From: Rhynchopus sp. YZ270_cl-10
Taxonomy: Eukaryota
Reading direction: 5' to 3'
NCBI GenBank assembly: GCA_964035575.1
Contig: OZ037841.1
Span: 1,178,001 to 1,242,000, forward strand
Length of the DNA stretch: 64,000 bases
Below are positions 59,880 to 64,000 of the stretch, in pieces; positions within the stretch are counted from its first letter, which is position 1, and each line of letters opens with the position of its first letter. Made by a program: the position numbers and the translations under genes. The notes under the pieces were generated by a model, which searched no databases, was not told where the DNA came from, and worked only from the letters and a program-made list of their open reading frames with translations.

Positions 59880-61329
59880 GCACATTTTTCTTCGAAGGTG
59901 ACTAAGCACGAGAGGCTTAAGTTCATCTTATTAACTTTTTTTTTTGGGTTTTGGGGTTTTGGGGGTAAGGGGGTAGGGTTAGCTATTCCCGTCTGATATT
60001 TTTTTAGAATTTGGTCAGTTTCTTTTTCCCGTTCCAATATTGATTTTTTGTGGCTCAGCCATGAGGTTTATGTTCTTACTTTCTTTTTATTAGGGAAACG
60101 GAGAGGGGTGATGCTATAAAACACCCCCCTCATTTTCCTGAAGGAAATGCTTCCCGAGGAGGGGAAAGGGGTGGCAGCTAATGTTTAGTTGTTTGGGCTA
60201 AACATATGCACTTCTTGAGACCTCGCTTTTTTTTTTTCTTGGAAGTGATATGTGGGTCTGCATCGAAGAAGTGCCTGCCACACTATTAACTTTTTTTTTC
60301 TTGATGTTGTACAACACCGGGGTTCGATAACCCACAGAGTGTCAGTGTCTTCCGTCCCAGAGGCGTTTTGCACTATATCAACATTTTTTCTCTTCTAGCT
60401 GATGTGTATCCAAAGAGGTATATTCATCCAGTTTTCTTTCTCCCCTGCCCACAGCCTTTATATCGTAAGCCTTTTTGCAGATGTTTGCCCGCAAGGTGCA
60501 TTCCTGTCGGGAGTCTTTCGTTTTTGTGTTCTTTTTCTTTTGAAAATTGGGTCCTATTTATGCCCACTCTTTATAACCCCTCTTTATATCAACCCTTTTA
60601 TTTTTTTGCTTGTGCTTTCATCCGGGGGATCCGGGGGGCTGGCATCATGCAGTGGATCAGTCAGAGGTGCCTGCATCAATAACTATTCCTTTTTTTTGCA
60701 GATTCCATTCAAAGTATTGACCACAGAAGGGAAAAAAAATAAGTGTGCCTCCTTGCTCGTTTTTTTTGTTTTGTTTTGTCTTTTTGCTAGGGATCAAGTT
60801 GGACTTTTTATATTTTCGCCAAATTTCAAAAAAAAAATCCGGTTTTGAGGAAACAGTGTTTCAAAACCCAGAAACCCGGGTCAACATAGACTCTGCTTTT
60901 CGCAAAAAAAAAATAAAAAAGCGAAGAAAGCGGGGTTCGCGGAAACTGACATACTGAGATTTTTGAGTCTTTTTGTCGGGTACGTTTTGATTCTCGCATT
61001 ACAGTGTTTGCCAAGAGACTTTCAAGTTCTGCAATATCCTTTTTTCCCCTCAACCCCAGATTTAGCGGGCAAGAAAGAACACAACCAGTCCGCAGAGCGA
61101 AACAAACGAAAAACCTTTGCCTTTATTGGTCGGAACCAGACGGGAGAAGTACGCGAAATTTTTGGTTCCGATCACCAATTGTCGTGTCATATTTTTTATA
61201 TCTCTTCAGATCTGGAAGAATAATTTCTGTTTCGATCGTCTGCCCTACAGTGAACCCTTTCCTCTTGGCTTTTTTTTTTCACTATTCAAAATACAGAACT
61301 AGAGAACGATACAAAAAAAGCACTATAAT

Positions 61330-61363
61330 TGGTGCTCCTGAAATAAAAATACCAAGTACGCAA
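61330..61363 (+). mobile_element. Left end of another TGGTGCTCC-family element, interrupted by nested insertions
   Basis: ATAAT|TGGTGCTCCTGAAATAAAAATACCAAGTACGCAA matches the left end of the 53708 element, including the same flanking ATAAT. Confidence 0.65.
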
Positions 61364-61435
61364 GGGGTGGCATCAAAACAAAAAACGCGGACAATGTCCG
61401 CGTTTTTGGGGAATTTCAGACCCCCCCCCCCTCTA

Positions 61436-62291
61436 GGCATACTGTGCAGGCGAGCCGTTTTTAGGCGAGTTTTTTGTTTTCCTGATTTTCAGGAAAAACT
61501 CGCCAAAAACTCGCCCTACTCGCCATTACTCGCCTATTACTCGCCAAAACTCGCCAAAAACTCGCCAAAACTCGCCTAAACTCGCCTAAACTCGCCAAAA
61601 ACTCGCCTAAACTCGCCTAAACTCGCCCCAATTTGGGTGCAAATCCTGGTGCACATACGCACCTTGGGGGTGAAAATGTGCACCAGGATGTGAAAATGGA
61701 GGGCGGGGGTGACTGATGACAACATGCCACTCGAAAACACACAAAAAAAATTGAAATTGTGTCACTTGTACGTCTAACGGCAACCATGTCACGGCAGTGG
61801 CTGACAGGCATGTATGTAAACATTTGCTCCAGGGGAAGATCCAGGCGTGCCATAGATCCCAGGGGGACAAGACGTGCTACAATCCGGAGGATGACGAAGA
61901 CATGAGCCGGGGCTACACTCGCTATACAACAATGTCCTCGTCATGCCGGTAAATGGCAACCCTGCAGGCCACCCCTTGGCGGTATTCCCCCACGAGTACA
62001 TCGCACCCATCTGTGCAAGCTTCATGGATCCGCAGAAGCTACAGCTGGACTGGTGGTACTGGTTGTGGAAGCCTACAAAGCAAACTGTAGAGGTCTTGTT
62101 CAAGTGGAACGAAAAAAATTTTCTCTTCAAAACTCAAATTTCCCTCATATTTTCGTGTGTACACTTTTCCCAAGGTAAAATCCCTACCCAAAAAAAAAAA
62201 CTCGCCAAAACTCGCCCCCCAAAAATGGGCGAGTTTTAGGCGAGTTTTTGGCGAGTAGGCGAGTTTTTTTTACTCGCCCGCACAGTATGTC
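61436..62291. mobile_element. TA-flanked TIR element (856 bp) with ACTCGCC(A/T)AA subterminal repeats
   Basis: TA|GGCATACTGTGCAGGCGAG ... CTCGCCCGCACAGTATGTC|TA (2 mismatches); about 12 tandem ACTCGCC-based 10-11-mers at 61498-61629, with inverted GGCGAGT copies at the right end. Confidence 0.75.
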
Positions 62292-62293
62292 TA

Positions 62294-63538
62294 GGGGGAG
62301 CCACCAAGGGCGTTTTGCTGTCCAAAACCCATTTTTTTGAAATTTGGGTGAAGAAATCCACTAAAATGGGCGTGCCTGGCCGCAAATCGCCCTGGGGATC
62401 ACCCATATATCCCAATAAACCACCTGACGACCTTCACAGAGCACTTCTTGTCTCAAAAAAATCGATTTTTTGTGAAAAAAAGCCCAAAAACCGCGTCACG
62501 TTTGCGTCACGCTTGGTGACCAAAATTTAACACTTGCCAAGAAATTTCTCCAATCAGACAAAACTCCTTCTAAACACCCGAAAAACACTTCAGTCCACAT
62601 CCGCTGGGGTCCCAGGGTGGAAATATATGGTTTTTGCAGCTTTTAGGGGTCCTGGGAGGGTCCCAGGCGTATTCATGAGGGACGGAACCGCTTATAATGC
62701 CCGAAATTGCCTCTTTTTTAGGGTGCTTTTTCACCTTAAAAATTCAAAAAAAAGTGCTCAGACAATCACAGAAGTGTCCAAACCCCCTCGGAACTACTCG
62801 CCAGACCCCCTGCGGGGTGGAGAATCATATTTGCGATCACTTTTTGGGCTAGTTTGCCCAAAATAACCCCGTGTCCCACTTTTGTCCCACTTGTCCCAAA
62901 ATAGGCCAAAATACCCCATTTTGGGACAAGTGGGACAAAAGTGGGACACGGGGTTATTTTGGGCAAACTAGCCCAAAAAGTGATCGCAAATATGATTCTC
63001 CACCCCGCAGGGGGTCTGGCGAGTAGTTCCGAGGGGGTTTGGACACTTCTGTGATTGTCTGAGCACTTTTTTTTGAATTTTTAAGGTGAAAAAGCACCCT
63101 AAAAAAGAGGCAATTTCGGGCATTATAAGCGGTTCCGTCCCTCATGAATACGCCTGGGACCCTCCCAGGACCCCTAAAAGCTGCAAAAACCATATATTTC
63201 CACCCTGGGACCCCAGCGGATGTGGACTGAAGTGTTTTTCGGGTGTTTAGAAGGAGTTTTGTCTGATTGGAGAAATTTCTTGGCAAGTGCAAAATTTTGG
63301 CCCCCAAGCGTTACGCGAGCGTTACGCAATTTTGGGGTGTTTTTTCACAAAAAATCGATTTTTTTGAGACAAGAAATGCTCTGTGAAGGTCGTCAGGTGG
63401 TTTATTGGGATATATGGGTGATCCCCAGGGCGATTTGCGGCCAGGTACGCCCATTTTAGTGGATTTCTTCACCCAAATTTCAAAAAAATGGGTTTCGGAC
63501 AGCAAATCCTTAAGGATTTCCTTATACGTGGCTCCCCC
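62294..63538. mobile_element. Almost wholly palindromic foldback element (1245 bp), TA-flanked
   Basis: TA|GGGGGAGCCAC ... GTGGCTCCCCC|TA; arms of ~610 bp meet at a 15-bp spacer (62903-62917). The inner parts appear identical and the outer parts carry scattered mismatches. Confidence 0.88.
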
Positions 63539-64000
63539 TACCCCCCCCCTCCCTAAGAACCCCCCTGTCCTCTACGATTTTTGAAAAAGGACGAAAAAGA
63601 CGAAAAAGGACGAAAAAGGACACTGTTAATGGTATACAGTAACTAAGTTACCTCTCGCGCTCCTGGTACAAAAAAGCGTCTCACAACCCACTGATAGTTG
63701 ACGCCTGTGTTTTCAAATTGATAAAAAAGTAAAAAAAAACACTTTTCAGTTTCTTGTTTTTGGCAATATATATTCCCTCTGATACCCCTTGCCCTAACCC
63801 TCGTGATAAACCCCCAACCCTTGTTTTATTTTTTCGCCTGCGCAAGCTTCGCTTTCTTTGCCGCCCTCTTCGTTGTCGTGCATATTGCCGTGACCTTGTG
63901 GAGTCTCTGCAAATCCATATTTTCCCTTCCTTCTGATTGCCACCCCATCGTGCTGAACACCCGTTCCTGGACTGCTGTATGCGGGACAATGGAGCACAAC

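Noticed and set aside
61705..61740. Hammerhead-like CTGATGA..CGAAA
   Set aside because: No stem II pairing between the motifs and no convincing stems I/III.
62315..63505. Mirrored short ORFs in the 62294-63538 palindrome
   Set aside because: They mostly lack ATG starts, have non-coding composition, and recur only because of the inverted repeat.

Overview
Eukaryotic nuclear DNA, not prokaryotic. All credible genes lie on the + strand, introns are few and GT-AG, and several ATGs sit just behind a pyrimidine/CA-rich tract and AG. That layout suggests a trans-splicing euglenozoan, possibly a diplonemid (inference). Genes: four paralogous surface proteins sharing a C-terminal multi-pass (~7-TM) domain. 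One is a partial copy at the window start, one is a ~4,118-aa Cys-rich giant rebuilt here across two introns, one has a PA14 domain plus PT stalk, and one has a Cys-rich head plus PT stalk. There are also a 734-aa helical unknown and two genes with a ubiquitin-like N-terminus (LRR and ankyrin). Mobile DNA: an apparently full-length APE-RT non-LTR retrotransposon whose ORF1 and ORF2 are in the same frame, separated by a single TGA-CGG, and whose 3' end is a double stem-loop followed by oligo-T rather than poly-A. About ten non-autonomous TIR elements are present, most with readable TSDs (8-bp hAT-like, 9-bp MULE-like, TA, and an unusual TGGTRCT..AGCACCA type with 5-bp TSD); two have empty-site copies inside the window. 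Most striking: the intergenic DNA holds roughly 40 tiny (40-180 bp) hairpin-plus-oligo-T units in at least four families. Every copy I found is on the + strand and many are stacked in tandem. One family is the LINE's own 3' end, and two others share a C-GNRA-G tetraloop. This looks like an oligo-U-tailed, T-tract-targeting micro-retroposon system. Other highlights are a TA-transposon carrying a 1.5-kb fold-back palindrome with two convergent ORF copies, a 65-95 bp core shared by three differently ended TIR elements, and a satellite that expanded from a seed inside one of them. All alignments and copy counts were made by eye.
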